Of a DNA stretch of 48,532 nt, positions 47,516 through 48,532 are shown piece after piece. This DNA is from Elusimicrobiota bacterium (lineage in GTDB: Bacteria > Elusimicrobiota > Endomicrobiia > CG1-02-37-114 > JAHJSO01). Positions within the stretch are counted from its first letter, which is position 1. Each line of letters starts with the position of its first letter. The position numbers and the translations under genes were made by a program. The DNA is taken from NCBI GenBank assembly GCA_043826435.1, contig JBDRQF010000060.1:1-48532 (forward strand), given 5' to 3'. A model generated the notes under the pieces. The model did not search any database and was not told where the DNA came from. It saw only the letters and a list, made by a program, of their open reading frames with translations.

Positions 47516-47962
47516 ATGATAGAACAGGAAGCGAAATGGTTGTTTACCACTCTCAGAAAAATAAATTTATTTGAGCCGTTTAACCTGGAAACCATAGACG
47601 GTCTGATAAGAAAGATAGAAAAATACCAGTATCCGAAAGGTACCGATATAATAAAAGACAGGGACGAGGGCAAGGCATTTTTTGTTATCTATAAAGGGAA
47701 AGTTCGGGTCTGGAAGAAAAAGAGCTTCTTCACAAAAACAAAAATAGCCGAACTCGGACCCGGGAGTTTTTTCGGCGAGATGTCCCTTGTTACCGACCAG
47801 CCATGCGCCGCGACCGTGACTGCAATTGAGCCGGTGGAGGTATTTGTCCTTTTCAGGGAGACATTCCAGGAGCAGTTGAAGAAAAACCCTGAGTTGATGG
47901 TTGAGATGAAGCACATAATAGAAAAACGAAAATTTGAGGTTGAACAGAAAGGACAAAAGTAG
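47516..47962 (+). CDS. Stand-alone cNMP-binding domain protein (paralog of 41798-42310)
   Basis: AFFVIYKGKV, GSFFGEMSLV...CAATVTA; shared N-terminal W-L...L..I.LF pattern. Confidence 0.88.
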   Translation: MIEQEAKWLFTTLRKINLFEPFNLETIDGLIRKIEKYQYPKGTDIIKDRDEGKAFFVIYKGKVRVWKKKSFFTKTKIAELGPGSFFGEMSLVTDQPCAATVTAIEPVEVFVLFRETFQEQLKKNPELMVEMKHIIEKRKFEVEQKGQK

Positions 47963-48003
47963 AAAAAAAGGGCCGCGTGCGGTGAGCAGAAATATATCAA
48001 AAT

Positions 48004-48032
48004 TTGACAAATTTTAATAAAAATGGTATCAT
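48004..48032 (+). promoter_or_regulatory. Strong sigma70-type promoter of the tRNA-tuf operon
   Basis: TTGACA-17 nt-TATCAT with extended TGn, AT-rich upstream. Confidence 0.8.
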
Positions 48033-48063
48033 ATAAAATTGTAGAATCAGGCGGGTGCGCCCT

Positions 48064-48134
48064 GCGGGCGTAGTTTAGTGGTAAAACATCAGCCTTCCAA
48101 GCTGATTATGTGGGTTCGATTCCCATCGCCCGCT
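48064..48134 (+). tRNA. tRNA-Gly(TCC), CCA not encoded
   Basis: GCGGGCG/CGCCCGC acceptor stem, GTTT/AAAC D-stem, TCAGC-CTTCCAA-GCTGA anticodon arm, GTGGG-TTCGATT-CCCAT T arm. Confidence 0.96.
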
Positions 48135-48192
48135 TGGTTTCAAGGGTAAATGGTCTTTAAGAAAAAAAGGCAACGGTGCTTCCATCCGCCGT

Positions 48193-48265
48193 GCCCGGGT
48201 AGCTCAGCTGGTAGAGCACCTCCTTGGTAAGGAGGTGGTCGGCAGTTCAAATCTGCTCCCGGGCT
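48193..48265 (+). tRNA. tRNA-Thr(GGT), CCA not encoded
   Basis: GCCCGGG/CCCGGGC acceptor stem, GCTC/GAGC D-stem, CCTCC-TTGGTAA-GGAGG anticodon arm, GGCAG-TTCAAAT-CTGCT T arm. Confidence 0.96.
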
Positions 48266-48321
48266 TGTGGAAAGCCCAATAAGTATTGTATGAACGGCGG
48301 ACGAGTGGAACGAGGACGCCT

Positions 48322-48354
48322 GTTCAAATCTGCTCCCGGGCTTGCAGAAAGCCC
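48322..48354 (+). repeat. Direct repeat of the tRNA-Thr 3' end and trailer
   Basis: GTTCAAATCTGCTCCCGGGCTTG (23 bp) is identical to 48245-48267 and extends with 2 mismatches to GAAAGCCC; period 77 bp. Confidence 0.9.
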
Positions 48355-48382
48355 GATGTACATCAGGAGGGGGATAATAAAC

Positions 48383-48532
48383 ATGAGCAAGCAAAAATTT
48401 GAGAGGAAGAAACCGCACGTAAACGTAGGGACGATAGGCCACGTTGACCATGGCAAGACGACGCTTACCGCGGCGATGACGCACGTTCTGAGCAAGAAGA
48501 ACTTCGCCCAGGCAAAGGGGATATGGGACATA
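48383..48532 (+). CDS. tuf: Elongation factor Tu (N-terminal fragment; runs off window)
   Basis: [39 protein letters not shown]; follows tRNA-Gly/Thr as in tufB operons. Confidence 0.97.
   Translation, partial: MSKQKFERKKPHVNVGTIGHVDHGKTTLTAAMTHVLSKKNFAQAKGIWDI

Noticed and set aside
2684..48531. Numerous antisense and alternate-frame ORFs in the track (e.g. 15123-15725, 19441-20298, 46965-47510, 48140-48484)
   Set aside because: They shadow well-supported genes or tRNAs and have no recognisable motifs.

Overview
A gene-dense window (standard genetic code) from a diderm bacterium; the mix of PorV-like barrel, T9SS-CTD-like cargo, Tol-Pal and Firmicutes/Deltaproteobacteria-like gene order suggests Elusimicrobiota or a similar lineage (inference only). 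Most of it is housekeeping: rpsP-khpA-rimM-trmD-rplS-rnhB-yraN-comM then arnT-like/PAP2/LysM genes (minus strand); aspS-LysM-phoH-HD-ybeY-2xCNNM-mgtE-recO-glyQS; uvrA-M23-moaA-moaC; pal-cpoB-tolA-tolB-tolQ; two purine-type amidohydrolases, gdh, fmt, DUF116; tRNA-Gly, tRNA-Thr and the start of tuf. The best candidates for something new are: (i) an accessory envelope cluster at 7.7-13.8 kb (TlpA::degenerate UshA-like fusion, DUF1573::Trx::CcdA-like fusion, PorV-like barrel::CsgG-like fusion, a membrane coiled coil, and a 5-repeat secreted propeller with a T9SS-CTD-like tail); (ii) a GTCATTGCGAG...GCAATC palindromic repeat family at six loci, one copy of which is in frame inside a signal peptide; (iii) a ubiquitin-like protein with a masked GG near DUF151, cNMP-binding and an AT-rich PP-loop/3-Cys gene; (iv) a DUF4914 gene between two IS3-like end relics; (v) a Pal with Cys substitutions in its peptidoglycan-binding motif; (vi) a duplicated tRNA-Thr 3' end. 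No CRISPR array, intact transposase, integrase, prophage or reverse transcriptase was seen. All family calls come from motif recognition by eye, not database searches.
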